A DNA stretch of 30,942 bases from Thermoanaerobaculia bacterium (lineage in GTDB: Bacteria; Acidobacteriota; Thermoanaerobaculia; Multivoradales; J023): contig DASWIG010000167.1 in the NCBI GenBank assembly GCA_036397835.1, positions 1-30,942 of the forward strand, in the 5' to 3' direction. The notes under the pieces were generated by a model. That model saw only the letters and a list, made by a program, of their open reading frames with translations, had not been told where the DNA came from and ran no database searches. Position 1 is the stretch's first letter; each line of letters starts with the position of its first letter. The position numbers and the translations under genes are program-made. Positions 7,268 to 17,907 of this stretch are shown one piece after another.

Positions 7268-9904
7268 CTACCGCCGCCCGCGCTTCGACTTCTTGCGCTC
7301 GGCCGCCGCGGCCAGCAGCTCGGCGGCCTGGGCGGCGGTCACGGCCTGGGGGTCGGCGCCCTTGGGCAGCGAGGCGTTCACTTTGCCGTCGGTCACGTAG
7401 GGGCCGTAACTGCCGTCGAGCACCCGCACGGGGCCGGCGGCGCCGGCGACCTCGCCGACCTCCTTAAGCACGGTCTTGGGAGCGCCCCGGCGGCGGCTTC
7501 CGCCCTTCTTGGGCAGCGTCAGGATCGCCAGGGCCTCGCCGAGCCCCAGGTCGCAGGCTTGCTCCCAGGATTCGAGGTTGCGGTAGTCGTCGCCGTGCTT
7601 CACGAAGGGTCCGAAGCGCCCGAGCCCGGTCGTGATCTCCTCCCCGCTCTCGGGATGACGGCCCAGGGTGCGCGGGAGCTGGATCAGCCGTCCGGCGATC
7701 GCCGCCGTCACGTCGCCGGCCTTCATGCCGCGCGGCAGCGACACCCGCCGCGGCTTGACGTCGCGCTCCTTCTCCTCCGCGCTCAGACCGAGCTCGAGGT
7801 ACTCGCCGAAGCGACCCACCTTGAGCGTGATCGGCCGGCCGGTGACCGGGTCCGCGGCGAGCGGCGGCGTCTCGTCGTTCTTGCTGCGCAGCAGCTCGAG
7901 CGCGCGCCCCAGCGTGAGCTCGTCGGGCGGCATGTCGACCGGGATCGTCGCCGCGTTGGTCGTGCCGCCCTCGCCCCGGCGCACGTAGGGTCCGTACTTG
8001 CCCACCTTGACGACGACCTCCTCGCCGCTCTCCGGGTCGGCGCCGAGCGCGATCGCGGGGTAGGTGACCTCGCCTTTCTCGACCCGCTCGACCAGGCCGG
8101 GGCGGGCGCCGTCGCCGCGGTAGAAGCCGGCCACCAGGGCGTCCCAGGCGATCTTGCCGTCGGCGACTTCGTCGAGGTCGTCTTCCATGCGGGCGGTGAA
8201 CTGGGTCTCCACCAGGTCGCGGAACTGCCCTTCGAGGAGCTCGGTGACGCAGAACGCCGTGAACGTGGGCACCAGCTCGTTGCCGCGCTTGAAGACGTAG
8301 TCGCGCTCCTGGATCGTCGAGATGATCGAGGCGTAGGTCGACGGGCGGCCGATGCCCTCGTCCTCGAGCTTCTTGACCAGGCTGGCCTCGGTGTAGCGGT
8401 AGGGCGGCTTGGTCACGTGCTCCTCGGCCTCGACGGCGCGCGCCTCGAGCTCCTGGCGCTCGGCGAGCGCCGGCAGCAGCGTCTCCTGGTCGCCGAGCTC
8501 GGCCTCGGGGTCGTCGGAGCCCTCGACGTAGGCGCGCAGGAACCCGGGGAACACGATCTGCCGGCCGCCGGCGGTGAAGACGAGCGCCTCGCCGCCGGCG
8601 TCGACCGTCACCTCGACGGCGGTGCGCTCGAAGCGCGCCGCCACCATCTGGCAGGCGATCGTGCGCTTCCAGATCAGCTCGTAGAGGCGGAATTCGTCGT
8701 CGTTCAGGTAACGGCGCACGTCCTGGGGGCGCCGCGCCAGGTCGGTCGGCCGGATCGCCTCGTGGGCCTCCTGGGCCCGCCTGGCCTGCGTCTTGTAGTA
8801 CACCGGCTGCTCCGGCAGGTAATCCTTGCCGTAGATGTCGGCGACCACCTCGCGGGCCTGGCGTACGGCGCGGTCGGCGAGGACGACGCTGTCGGTGCGC
8901 ATGTAGGTGATGAGGCCCACCCGGTCGCCGTCGAGGTCCACGCCCTCGTAGAGGCGCTGGGCCACCTGCATGGTGCGGCGCGAGGGCATGCGCAGCTTGC
9001 GGTTGGCTTCCTGCTGCAGGGTGGAGGTGATGAAGGGCGGCGACGGGCGTTGGGTGCCGGGGGTCGTCTCGAGCGCCGACACGGTCCACGGCCGGGCGTC
9101 GCGGGCCGCCGCGGCGAGAGCCTGCGCCCGGGCCGCGGCGAGGTGCAGGCGCTGCGTGTCGCTGAGCGCTCCGGTGGCGGCGTCGAAGCTCTTGGAGGTG
9201 GCCAGGCGCCGGCCGTCGACGCGCTGGAGCCGGGCCCGGAAGCGGCCGCCGTCGGCCGCCAGCTCCGCCGTCAGGTCCCAGTACTGCGAGCTCTTGAACG
9301 CCATGCGCTCGCGCTCGCGCTCGACCAGCAGCCGCACGGCCACGCTCTGCACGCGGCCGGCCGACAGGCCCGGGGCCACCCGTTTCCACAGCAGGGGCGA
9401 GAGGGAGTAGCCGTAGAGCCGGTCGAGGATGCGCCGGGCCTCCTGCGCCCGCACCAGGTTCTCGTCGACCCCGCGCGGCGACTTGAGGGCCTGCTCGATG
9501 GCCTCGGGCGTCACCTCGTGGAAAACGATGCGGCGCACGTCGACCGACGCCTTGGGCTTCAAGAGCTGCAGCACGTGCCAGCTTATGGACTCGCCCTCAC
9601 GGTCCTCGTCGGTCGCCAGCAGCAGCCCGTCGGCCCCCTTCAACGCGTCCTTGAGCTGCTTGACGTATTTCTTCTTGTCGGCAGGCACCACGTAGACCGG
9701 CTCGAAGCCCTTGTCGACGTTGACGCCGAGCCGCGCCCAGTCCTCGCCGCGCACCGCGGCGGGGATCTCCTTGGCGTTCTGGGGCAGGTCGCGCACGTGC
9801 CCGTAGCTCGCCTCCACCTGGTACTGGGGGCCGAGGAAACGGCTGATGGTCTTCGCCTTGGCGGGCGATTCGACGACGACGAGAAATTTTTCGGGATTCG
9901 ACAT
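7268..9904 (-). CDS. topA: DNA topoisomerase I
   Basis: N-terminus MSNPEKFLVVVESPAKAKTISRFLG (Toprim; compare E. coli MGKALVIVESPAKAKTI). The topoisomerase IA core follows (GYSLSPLLW..., YxRTDS-like ITYMRTDSVVLA). C-terminal G(K/R)(Y/F)GP(Y/F)V repeats indicate a Zn-finger-less C-terminal domain, and the tail is Lys/Arg-rich. The ORF track extends to 9940, but the second Met, with GAGG 6 nt upstream, fits the family N-terminus. Confidence 0.9.
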   Translation of the reverse strand: MSNPEKFLVVVESPAKAKTISRFLGPQYQVEASYGHVRDLPQNAKEIPAAVRGEDWARLGVNVDKGFEPVYVVPADKKKYVKQLKDALKGADGLLLATDEDREGESISWHVLQLLKPKASVDVRRIVFHEVTPEAIEQALKSPRGVDENLVRAQEARRILDRLYGYSLSPLLWKRVAPGLSAGRVQSVAVRLLVERERERMAFKSSQYWDLTAELAADGGRFRARLQRVDGRRLATSKSFDAATGALSDTQRLHLAAARAQALAAAARDARPWTVSALETTPGTQRPSPPFITSTLQQEANRKLRMPSRRTMQVAQRLYEGVDLDGDRVGLITYMRTDSVVLADRAVRQAREVVADIYGKDYLPEQPVYYKTQARRAQEAHEAIRPTDLARRPQDVRRYLNDDEFRLYELIWKRTIACQMVAARFERTAVEVTVDAGGEALVFTAGGRQIVFPGFLRAYVEGSDDPEAELGDQETLLPALAERQELEARAVEAEEHVTKPPYRYTEASLVKKLEDEGIGRPSTYASIISTIQERDYVFKRGNELVPTFTAFCVTELLEGQFRDLVETQFTARMEDDLDEVADGKIAWDALVAGFYRGDGARPGLVERVEKGEVTYPAIALGADPESGEEVVVKVGKYGPYVRRGEGGTTNAATIPVDMPPDELTLGRALELLRSKNDETPPLAADPVTGRPITLKVGRFGEYLELGLSAEEKERDVKPRRVSLPRGMKAGDVTAAIAGRLIQLPRTLGRHPESGEEITTGLGRFGPFVKHGDDYRNLESWEQACDLGLGEALAILTLPKKGGSRRRGAPKTVLKEVGEVAGAAGPVRVLDGSYGPYVTDGKVNASLPKGADPQAVTAAQAAELLAAAAERKKSKRGRR

Positions 9905-9994
9905 TGAGCCTCGTTGTTCCGCGGCCTTCCCGGCCGCCAAGGGCGAAGAGGCTAACGGGGCGCCGATCGGGGTGTCAAGCGAGGGCTTCCGGCT

Positions 9995-11059
9995 TCACAG
10001 GAGCTCGGCGGCGTGCCGGGCCGCCCCGAGCAGCCCGACCTTAGAGTCGAGCACCACGTGGACGGGCACCCGTTCGAGCAGGGGCGCCATCCGTCCCTTG
10101 TCCTTGAACGCCGCGATGAAGCCGTCGCGCTCGAGCAGCGGCAGGATCTTGGGGGCGATGCCGCCGGCCACGTAGAGGCCGCCGTAGGGCAGCAGCTTGA
10201 GGGCCAGGTTGCCGGCCTCGGCGCCGTAGGCCCCCACGAAGACGTCCATGGTCTCCGTGCACAGCGGCTCGTCCTCGGCGATCGCGGCCTGCGACACCAC
10301 CGCCGCGAGGTCCACCGTCGGGCTCTCCTTGCCGATCTCCCGCTTCCAGGTCTCGAAGGCGGCGGCGAGCGCCGCGGACTCTCGCGCGGTGCCGCGCAGG
10401 CGCAGGAGCTCGTAGATCGAGGCGATGCCCTGGCCCGAGACCACCCGCTCCACCGAGACCCGGGTCAGTTGCAGGCTCTCGCGCAGGAAGCCGAGGAGCT
10501 CGATCTCGAGCGGCGAGCGCGGCGCGAAGTCGGTGTGGCCGCCCTCGGTGGCGAAGACCCGGTGCCCCGCGGGCGCGGGGATCAGGAACCCTTCGCCCAG
10601 GCCGGTGCCGGCGCCGATGACGGCGATCGGTGCCTCGGGCTCGTGGCGGCCGGCCTGCAGGGTGTGGAGCGCCGCCGGGGGCAGCGCGGTGACGCCGTGG
10701 CCGATGGCGGTGAAGTCGTTGATCAGCTCGACGCGGGCGATGGCGAGCTCGCGGGCCAGCCGCTCGCCGGCGAGCGTCCAGGGGAGGTTGGTCACCCGGC
10801 TGGTGTTGGCGGCGACCGGGCCGGCGACGCCGAAGCAGGCGGCCGCGGGCCGCGCTCGCCCGCCGGTCTCGGCCGCCGCGGCGGCCAGGAACTCCACCAC
10901 CATCGGCGCCAGGCCGGAGTAGGCCTTGCTCGCGTACGTCCGCTCGGCGCGCGCCGTGAGCAGCCCGCCGCGCGTCTCGACCAGGCGCAGGATCGTCTTC
11001 GTACCGCCGATGTCTCCGGCCAGCAGCGTCACCATTCTCCTCAGGCTCTCGTCTTCCAC
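9995..11059 (-). CDS. glk: Glucokinase (Glk family)
   Basis: N-terminal LLAGDIGGTKTILRL matches the Glk ATP-binding motif (compare E. coli LVGDVGGTNARLAL). Length is about 345 aa. The start may be the internal Met at 11035 (MVTLLAGDIGG). Confidence 0.8.
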   Translation of the reverse strand: MEDESLRRMVTLLAGDIGGTKTILRLVETRGGLLTARAERTYASKAYSGLAPMVVEFLAAAAAETGGRARPAAACFGVAGPVAANTSRVTNLPWTLAGERLARELAIARVELINDFTAIGHGVTALPPAALHTLQAGRHEPEAPIAVIGAGTGLGEGFLIPAPAGHRVFATEGGHTDFAPRSPLEIELLGFLRESLQLTRVSVERVVSGQGIASIYELLRLRGTARESAALAAAFETWKREIGKESPTVDLAAVVSQAAIAEDEPLCTETMDVFVGAYGAEAGNLALKLLPYGGLYVAGGIAPKILPLLERDGFIAAFKDKGRMAPLLERVPVHVVLDSKVGLLGAARHAAELL

Positions 11060-11172
11060 GCTCCTTCGGCTCCGCGTAGAGCGTAGAGTATAGGCGGCGG
11101 ACGCTGCGCCTCGCTCGTCCGTAGACTCATCGGAGCCTCTGCTGACCGAGGCCCGGCCACAGGAGCACGCAC

Positions 11173-12351
11173 ATGACCACAGCGCCCATGACCGCCGAGG
11201 ACGTTTCCGTCGCAGAGAACGCCGCCCCGGGGGCCGCGTCGGCGCCGCGGGCGTTCGAGGAGATCAAGCCGCCGCTGATCTTCGACGAGCTGCGTCACGG
11301 CGTGCTGGGGCAGGACAAGGCCTTGCGCTTCGTCGCCGTCGCCATCTTCAAGCACACCACCGGCAAGGTGCCGGGCAACCTGATGATGATCGGCAATTCG
11401 GGCACCGGCAAGACGACGGTCATGAACAACATCCAGCGGCTCTACAACACGGTGCCCGAGTACCGACCGTTCCGCGCCGTGACCATCATCAACGCCAACC
11501 TGCTGGTCGACGGCGACCGCATGGAGTTCCGTCCCGAGCGGCTGCTCTCGGCCGTCGAGCAGCGCGCCCGCGCGATCGCCGGCGCCCAGCCTTCGCCCGA
11601 GGCCCTCAAGGCGGCGATGGAGCGCGCCACGATCTGCATCGACGAGATCGACAAGATGGCCGCGGTGGTGGCCGGCAAGCCCAATCCGATCGGGGTGATC
11701 CTGCAGCAGGGCCTGCTGACGATGATGGAGGGCGAGACCATCGCCTACCCGGCCCACGTCTGGTTCCACGGCGAGGAGCGCCGGACGACGCTGGAGATCG
11801 ACACCGGCCGCATCATGTTCATCTGCGGCGGCGCCTTCGAGGGCCTCTACGACCAGGTCTACAACCGCGTGCTGAAGCCCGGCAGCGGCGAGAAGCTGCG
11901 CACCCAGACGATCCGCACGGCCGAAGGGCAGGTGCGCATCGAGACCCGCTTCGAGCTCGGCGATTACCTGAAGCCCAAGGACCTCTTCGAGTTCGGCATG
12001 GTGCCGCAGTTCATGGCGCGTTTCGAGAACACCGTGCTGCTCTACGACCTCTCCCACAAAGTGCTGAAGGAGATCCTGCTGAAGTCGTACGAGTCGCCTT
12101 TCGTGCGCTCGCGCCGCTTCTTCAAGGTGATGGACATCGCCCTCGAGATCGACGAGCTCGCCGCCGCCCTGATCGCCGAGGAGGCGGTCAAGGACAGCCG
12201 CACCGGCGCCCGCGCGCTGCGGCCGATCTTCGCCGAGATCGTCAACCCCCTGGAGTTCGACCCCTGGCACAGCGAGGCGCTCGTCAAGCGGCCCGAAGGC
12301 GGTCACCTGCTGCGCATCACGGCCGACATGGCGCGCCAGGTGTTGAAGTAG
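11173..12351 (+). CDS. ClpX-paralogous AAA+ ATPase lacking the N-terminal zinc-binding domain, with divergent pore and ClpP-docking loops
   Basis: Walker A GNSGTGKTT and Walker B ICIDEIDKM are present. Extended colinear similarity to ClpX includes ILQQGLLTMMEGE (compare GVQQALLKLIEGT), IMFICGGAFEGL (compare ILFICGGAFAGL), FGMVPQFMARF (compare FGLIPEFIGRL) and the sensor-2 RTGARALRPI (compare KTGARGLRSI). There is no C4 zinc finger. Where ClpX has GYVG, this has ...NLLVDGDRME.... Where ClpX has GSGIGF, this has GSGEKL. AGGAG lies 6 nt upstream of the ATG. Confidence 0.75.
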   Translation: MTTAPMTAEDVSVAENAAPGAASAPRAFEEIKPPLIFDELRHGVLGQDKALRFVAVAIFKHTTGKVPGNLMMIGNSGTGKTTVMNNIQRLYNTVPEYRPFRAVTIINANLLVDGDRMEFRPERLLSAVEQRARAIAGAQPSPEALKAAMERATICIDEIDKMAAVVAGKPNPIGVILQQGLLTMMEGETIAYPAHVWFHGEERRTTLEIDTGRIMFICGGAFEGLYDQVYNRVLKPGSGEKLRTQTIRTAEGQVRIETRFELGDYLKPKDLFEFGMVPQFMARFENTVLLYDLSHKVLKEILLKSYESPFVRSRRFFKVMDIALEIDELAAALIAEEAVKDSRTGARALRPIFAEIVNPLEFDPWHSEALVKRPEGGHLLRITADMARQVLK

Positions 12352-12367
12352 GTGGGCTTCGCCCACC

Positions 12368-13453
<1,086 letters not shown>

Positions 13454-13585
13454 GGCCGCGTATCTTAGCGCCCCGGCGGCGATTCGGGTAAGATCGCGGC
13501 GATCTCCTAGGAGGGAGTGTGCTCGCGGTCGGACAGGTCTGACTCGTCCGACGATTTCGGCCGGCTGGAGACGGTGGAGGACACG

Positions 13586-14866
13586 ATGAAGGTACTGGTC
13601 GTCGGATCCGGAGGCAGGGAGCACGCGCTGTGCTGGAAGCTGCGCCAGAGCCCCTTGCTCGAGGAGCTCTACTGCGCTCCCGGCAACCCCGGCATCGCCG
13701 AGGTCGCCGATCTGGTGCCGATCGCGGCGGACGAGATCCACAAGCTCCTCGACTTCGCCACCGACCTCGGCGTCGACCTGACCGTGGTCGGTCCCGAGCT
13801 GCCCCTCACCCTCGGCATCGCCGACGACTTCGCCCAACGCGGCCTGCCGCTCTTCGGGCCCCGCCAGCAGGCCGCCGAGCTCGAGGGCAGCAAGGTCTTC
13901 GCCAAGGAGTTCATGCGCCGGCACGGCATCCCGACGCCCGACTTCCGGGTCGCCCACGACGCCGAGGAGGCGCGGCGGGCCGCCGCCGGCTTCGGCTTTC
14001 CGGTGGTGCTCAAGGCCGACGGCCTGGCCGGCGGCAAGGGCGTGATGATCGCCGAGGGCCAGGACGAGCTCGAGCGCATGATCGCCGTGTTCTTCGAGGA
14101 GCGCCGCTTCGGCGCCGCGGGGGGGCGCGTGGTGGTCGAGGAGCACGTGGACGGCGAGGAGCTCTCCTTCATCGCCCTCTGCGACGGCGAGCGCGTCCTG
14201 CCGCTCGCGACCTCCAAGGACTACAAGCGCCTCGAGGACTTCGACCGCGGCCCCAACACCGGCGGCATGGGCGCCCACAGCCCGGCCGGGGTGCTCACCG
14301 CCCAGGCCTCGACCGACGTCTACGACCGCGTGGTGCGCCCCACGGTGGCGGGCCTGGCCGCCGAGGACCGGCCCTACGTGGGGGTGATCTACGCCGGCCT
14401 GATGATGACCGCCGACGGGCCGCGGGTGCTCGAGTACAACGTGCGCTTCGGCGATCCCGAGGCCCAGGCCCTGCTGCTGCGCCTCGAGTCGGACCTGCTG
14501 CCGGTGCTCGCCGCCGGCGCCGCGGGCCGCTTCGACACGGCGCGGCTCAGCTTCAAGAAGGAGGCCTCGGCGTGCCTGGTGCTGGCCAGCTCGGGCTACC
14601 CGCGCCACCCGGTGAAGGGCGAGCCGATCTCGGGGCTGGAGGCGGCGCGGCGCCACGAGGGCGTGGAGGTCTTCCACGCCGCCACCGCGCTGCGCAAGGG
14701 GCAGCTCGTCGCCGCCGGCGGCCGGGTCTTGAACGTCTGCGCCACCGGGCCGCACCTGCGCGACGCCCTCAAGCTGGCCTACCTGGCGGCGGCCGAGATC
14801 CACTGGCCGAGCAAGGTGATGCGCCGCGACGTCGGCCGCCGGGTGCTGGAGAAGGCGGCGGGTTGA
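13586..14866 (+). CDS. purD: Phosphoribosylamine--glycine ligase
   Basis: MKVLVVGSGGREHALCWKL... is the canonical PurD start, with GGAGGA upstream. The ATP-grasp core follows (VVLKADGLAGGKGV..., EYNVRFGDPE). Length is 426 aa. Confidence 0.9.
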   Translation: MKVLVVGSGGREHALCWKLRQSPLLEELYCAPGNPGIAEVADLVPIAADEIHKLLDFATDLGVDLTVVGPELPLTLGIADDFAQRGLPLFGPRQQAAELEGSKVFAKEFMRRHGIPTPDFRVAHDAEEARRAAAGFGFPVVLKADGLAGGKGVMIAEGQDELERMIAVFFEERRFGAAGGRVVVEEHVDGEELSFIALCDGERVLPLATSKDYKRLEDFDRGPNTGGMGAHSPAGVLTAQASTDVYDRVVRPTVAGLAAEDRPYVGVIYAGLMMTADGPRVLEYNVRFGDPEAQALLLRLESDLLPVLAAGAAGRFDTARLSFKKEASACLVLASSGYPRHPVKGEPISGLEAARRHEGVEVFHAATALRKGQLVAAGGRVLNVCATGPHLRDALKLAYLAAAEIHWPSKVMRRDVGRRVLEKAAG

Positions 14867-14942
14867 ACGCCGCCGGCCGCTCACTGTCGGAAGCTCGCCG
14901 TCGGACGCTCACGGACGGGCTCTGCACCGGATCGCGGACCAT

Positions 14943-14972
14943 TTGACAGGCGCCGAGAGCCGTTGCCATAAT
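14943..14972 (+). promoter_or_regulatory. Sigma70-like promoter upstream of the ricT-hfq-like-pckA cluster
   Basis: TTGACA (14943-14948), an 18-bp spacer, then CATAAT (14967-14972). It sits about 160 bp upstream of the ricT start in an otherwise GC-rich intergenic region. Confidence 0.4.
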
Positions 14973-15131
14973 CGCCGGCAGAACTCCCTGCCGTGGTCGC
15001 GGTAGATCTCGCGAGTTCTGTCTTTCGATGACGCGCTCACGAGCGCTTCCGATGATGCGGACGTCCCGGTCGTCACTCCAGGCTCCGTTCCTCCCCCAGA
15101 GGCGTCGCCGCCTCGGAAAGGATTTCTGACC

Positions 15132-15872
15132 ATGCCAGGATGCGCTGGCTGCTCGTACAAGGGCATGTCGACCGCCGTGGAAGACAGCTTCCTCGGCATC
15201 CGCTTCCGCGAGGAGACCAACCTCACCCTGTGCCGCTCGGAGGGCAAGCTCTACGCCCAGGGCGCCCGGGTGGTGGTGGAGCTGGAGGACGGGCCGGCCT
15301 ACGGCGTGGTCGAGAAGTCCCCGATGCCGGTCTTCAAGCCCTGCCAGAAGTCCGGCGCCCGGCCGATCCTGCGGCTCGCCACCGGCGAGGACGACGCGGC
15401 CAACGAGCGGCGGGTCAAGAACGAGTTCGTGGCCAAGCGTTTCTGCCGCGAGCGGGCCAAGAAGCTCGAGCTGGAGCTGAAGGTCTCGCGCGTGGACTTC
15501 ACCTTGAACGGCCGCCACGCCACCTTCTACTTCACCGCCAACGGCCGGGTGGACTTCCGCCAGCTCGTGCGCGAGCTGGCCCAGCGCTTCTCCACCCGGG
15601 TGCGCATGGTCCAGGTCGGAGCGCGCGACGAGGCGGGGCTCCTGGGCGGCATCGGCATCTGCGGCCGCACCCTCTGCTGCTCGACCTGGCTCAAGGACTT
15701 CAAGCCGATCTCGATCCAGATGGCCAAGCGCCAGAACCTGAGCCTCAACCCCTCGAAGATCTCCGGCCAGTGCGGGCGTCTGTTATGCTGTCTGGCCTAC
15801 GAAGATCCCGGCTACCAATCGAAGCGGAAACGCCCCAAGGCCGAACGGGGACAAACCCATGACGTCGCGTAA
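15132..15872 (+). CDS. ricT: PSP1 C-terminal domain protein (RicT/YaaT family)
   Basis: The N-terminal beta-region ([43 protein letters not shown]) and the conserved PSP1 Cys-rich motifs ([16 protein letters not shown]; [13 protein letters not shown]) are present. AAAGGA lies 9 nt upstream of the start. Confidence 0.8.
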   Translation: MPGCAGCSYKGMSTAVEDSFLGIRFREETNLTLCRSEGKLYAQGARVVVELEDGPAYGVVEKSPMPVFKPCQKSGARPILRLATGEDDAANERRVKNEFVAKRFCRERAKKLELELKVSRVDFTLNGRHATFYFTANGRVDFRQLVRELAQRFSTRVRMVQVGARDEAGLLGGIGICGRTLCCSTWLKDFKPISIQMAKRQNLSLNPSKISGQCGRLLCCLAYEDPGYQSKRKRPKAERGQTHDVA

Positions 15873-16215
15873 GCTGATCCGACCGGAGAAGTCGGACCCA
15901 CGTTCCACCCGCGGAGTCCGGCGCAAGCAGGTCCCGCCCGAGCAGACCAACGCCGAGGAGTTCTACTACCTCAAGCAGATGGCGGCCAAGACCCCGATGG
16001 TCGTGGTCCTCAACAACGACGAGGAGCTCCAGGGCTGGATCGAGTGGTACGACAAGGGGTCATTGAAGCTCAACCGCAGCCACGGCCCCAACCTGCTGAT
16101 CCCCAAGCACAGCATCCGCTACATGTTCAAGGAAGAAGAGCTGAAGCGTTTCCGCAAGCGCGAGCGCGCCGCCGAGCGGGCGGCCGAGCGGGCGGCCGAG
16201 CGCGCGTCGTCCTGA
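15859..16215 (+). CDS. Divergent Hfq-like / Sm-fold RNA-binding protein with a basic N-terminal extension and a C-terminal (ERAA)n repeat tail
   Basis: An Sm1-like segment [20 protein letters not shown] (compare Hfq [20 protein letters not shown]) and an Sm2-like segment [12 protein letters not shown] (compare MVYKHAISTVV) are present. The start overlaps the ricT 3' end by 14 nt. The tail is [19 protein letters not shown]. Confidence 0.5.
   Translation: MTSRKLIRPEKSDPRSTRGVRRKQVPPEQTNAEEFYYLKQMAAKTPMVVVLNNDEELQGWIEWYDKGSLKLNRSHGPNLLIPKHSIRYMFKEEELKRFRKRERAAERAAERAAERASS
16163..16204 (+). repeat. 12-nt tandem coding repeat (gcSgccgagcgS x about 3.5) encoding (ERAA)n
   Basis: gccgccgagcgg / gcggccgagcgg / gcggccgagcgc in frame at the 3' end of the hfq-like gene. 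Confidence 0.6.
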
Positions 16216-16245
16216 GCCCCCATCGCCGTAGGCCTTGCGACCCGG

Positions 16246-16271
16246 TCCCTCTCCGGAGGGAGAAAGCCGGA
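16246..16271. repeat. Stem-loop cctctccgg-N8-ccggagagg between the hfq-like gene and pckA
   Basis: 9-bp inverted repeat. Its 3' arm, GGAGAGG, doubles as the pckA Shine-Dalgarno sequence. The motif is related to the 5983..6005 hairpin. Confidence 0.45.
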
Positions 16272-16284
16272 GAGGTTAGACCGC

Positions 16285-17892
16285 ATGGAGAACCTTGGTC
16301 CCTACGTCAGCCGTTTCGGACTCGACCAGCAAGGCATCCTGAACGCCGGCCGGGTCTACTGGAATCTGCCGCCGGCGCAGCTCTACGAGCATGCGATCCG
16401 CCGCGGCGAGGCGGCGCTGGCGCTCGAGGGGCCGCTGGTGGCCTCCACCGGCGAGCACACCGGGCGCTCGCCCAACGACCGCTTCGTGGTCCGCGAGCCC
16501 TCGAGCGAGGCCGACGTCTGGTGGGGCAAGGTCAACCGCCCGTTCGAGCGCGAGCGCTTCGAGTGCCTGCTGCACCGGGTCCGCGCCTACGTGCAGCACC
16601 GCGACCTCTACGTGTTCGACGGCTACGCCGGCTGCGATCCGCGCTACCGGCTGCGGGTGCGGGTGATCAACGAGAACGCCTGGCAGAACCTCTTCGCGCG
16701 CAACATGTTCGTGCGCGAGAGCGAGGGCGCGCCGCTCGTCGATTTCGCGCCCGACTTCACGGTCTTGAACGTCCCCGGCTTCCAGGCCGATCCGGCCACC
16801 GACGGCACCCGCAGCGGCGCCTTCATCCTCGTCGACTTCGGCCACAAGCTGGTGCTGATCGGCGGCACCCACTACGCCGGCGAGATCAAGAAATCGATCT
16901 TCACGGTCATGAACTACGCGCTGCCGCGGCGCGGCGTGATGAGCATGCACTGCAGCGCCAACTACGGCGAGGGTCGCGACGACGTGGCGCTCTTCTTCGG
17001 GCTCTCGGGCACCGGCAAGACCACGCTCTCGGCCGATCCCGAGCGCACCCTGATCGGCGACGACGAGCACGGCTGGTCGAGCGACGGGGTCTTCAACATC
17101 GAGGGCGGCTGCTATGCCAAGGTGATCCGGCTCGACCCCGAAGGCGAGCCCGACATCTACGCCACCACGCGCTGCTTCGGCACCATCCTCGAGAACGTGG
17201 TCTACGATCCCGAGACCCGGGTGCTCGACCTCGACGACGACTCGCTGACCGAGAACACCCGCGCCAGCTATCCGATCACCCACCTGCGCAACGTCGACCC
17301 GAGCGGCTGCGCCGGCCACCCGCGCAACGTGGTCTTCCTCACCTGCGACGCCTTCGGCGTGCTGCCGCCGATCAGCCGCCTCGACGAGGCCCAGGCCATG
17401 TACCACTTCCTCTCCGGCTACACCGCCAAGGTGGCGGGCACCGAGCGCGGCGTCACCGAGCCGAGCGCGACTTTCAGCACCTGCTTCGGAGCGCCCTTCA
17501 TGCCGCTGCACCCCGGCACCTACGCCCGCCTCCTGGGCGAGAAGATCGCCCGCCACCAGGCGCGGGTCTGGCTGGTCAACACCGGCTGGACCGGCGGGCC
17601 CTACGGCACCGGCCGGCGCCTCAAGCTGGGCCACACCCGGCGCATGGTCACCGCGGCCTTGACCGGCGCCCTCGACGAGGTGCCCACCGCGCGCGATCCG
17701 ATCTTCGGCCTCGCCGTGCCCGAGCGCGTCGACGGCGTGCCGCCGGAGACGCTCACGCCGCGCCGCACCTGGAGCGACGGCGCCGCCTACGACGCCCAGG
17801 CCGCCAAGCTGGCGCGCATGTTCGTCGACAACTTCGAGCAGTACGCCGACGAAGTGAGCGGCGAGGTCCGGGCGGCGGGGCCGAAGGGCTGA
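16285..17892 (+). CDS. pckA: Phosphoenolpyruvate carboxykinase (ATP)
   Basis: Kinase-1a motif [13 protein letters not shown] is present, with family-wide similarity such as [23 protein letters not shown] and [14 protein letters not shown]. Length is 535 aa, with a good upstream SD. Confidence 0.9.
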   Translation: MENLGPYVSRFGLDQQGILNAGRVYWNLPPAQLYEHAIRRGEAALALEGPLVASTGEHTGRSPNDRFVVREPSSEADVWWGKVNRPFERERFECLLHRVRAYVQHRDLYVFDGYAGCDPRYRLRVRVINENAWQNLFARNMFVRESEGAPLVDFAPDFTVLNVPGFQADPATDGTRSGAFILVDFGHKLVLIGGTHYAGEIKKSIFTVMNYALPRRGVMSMHCSANYGEGRDDVALFFGLSGTGKTTLSADPERTLIGDDEHGWSSDGVFNIEGGCYAKVIRLDPEGEPDIYATTRCFGTILENVVYDPETRVLDLDDDSLTENTRASYPITHLRNVDPSGCAGHPRNVVFLTCDAFGVLPPISRLDEAQAMYHFLSGYTAKVAGTERGVTEPSATFSTCFGAPFMPLHPGTYARLLGEKIARHQARVWLVNTGWTGGPYGTGRRLKLGHTRRMVTAALTGALDEVPTARDPIFGLAVPERVDGVPPETLTPRRTWSDGAAYDAQAAKLARMFVDNFEQYADEVSGEVRAAGPKG

Positions 17893-17907
17893 GGGACGAG
17901 GACGGCG

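Noticed and set aside
7464-9907. ORFs 7464..9389(-), 7559..9907(+) and 7668..7988(+) overlapping topA
   Set aside because: They are alternative or antisense frames of topA with low-complexity Arg/Gly/Pro-rich translations. The topA frame has canonical Toprim and topo IA motifs.
10013-11086. ORF 10013..11086(+) antisense to glk, with the nested 10041..10262 and 10425..10922
   Set aside because: The translation is Arg/Gly/Asp-rich low complexity. The opposite strand encodes a clear Glk-family protein.
13454-13585. Possible riboswitch (ZTP or SAM) in the divergent mtnA/purD intergenic region
   Set aside because: Only a generic 7-bp inverted repeat (gtcggac...gtccgac) is present. I could not find the conserved ZTP (pfl) or SAM-I core sequences by eye, so no claim is made.
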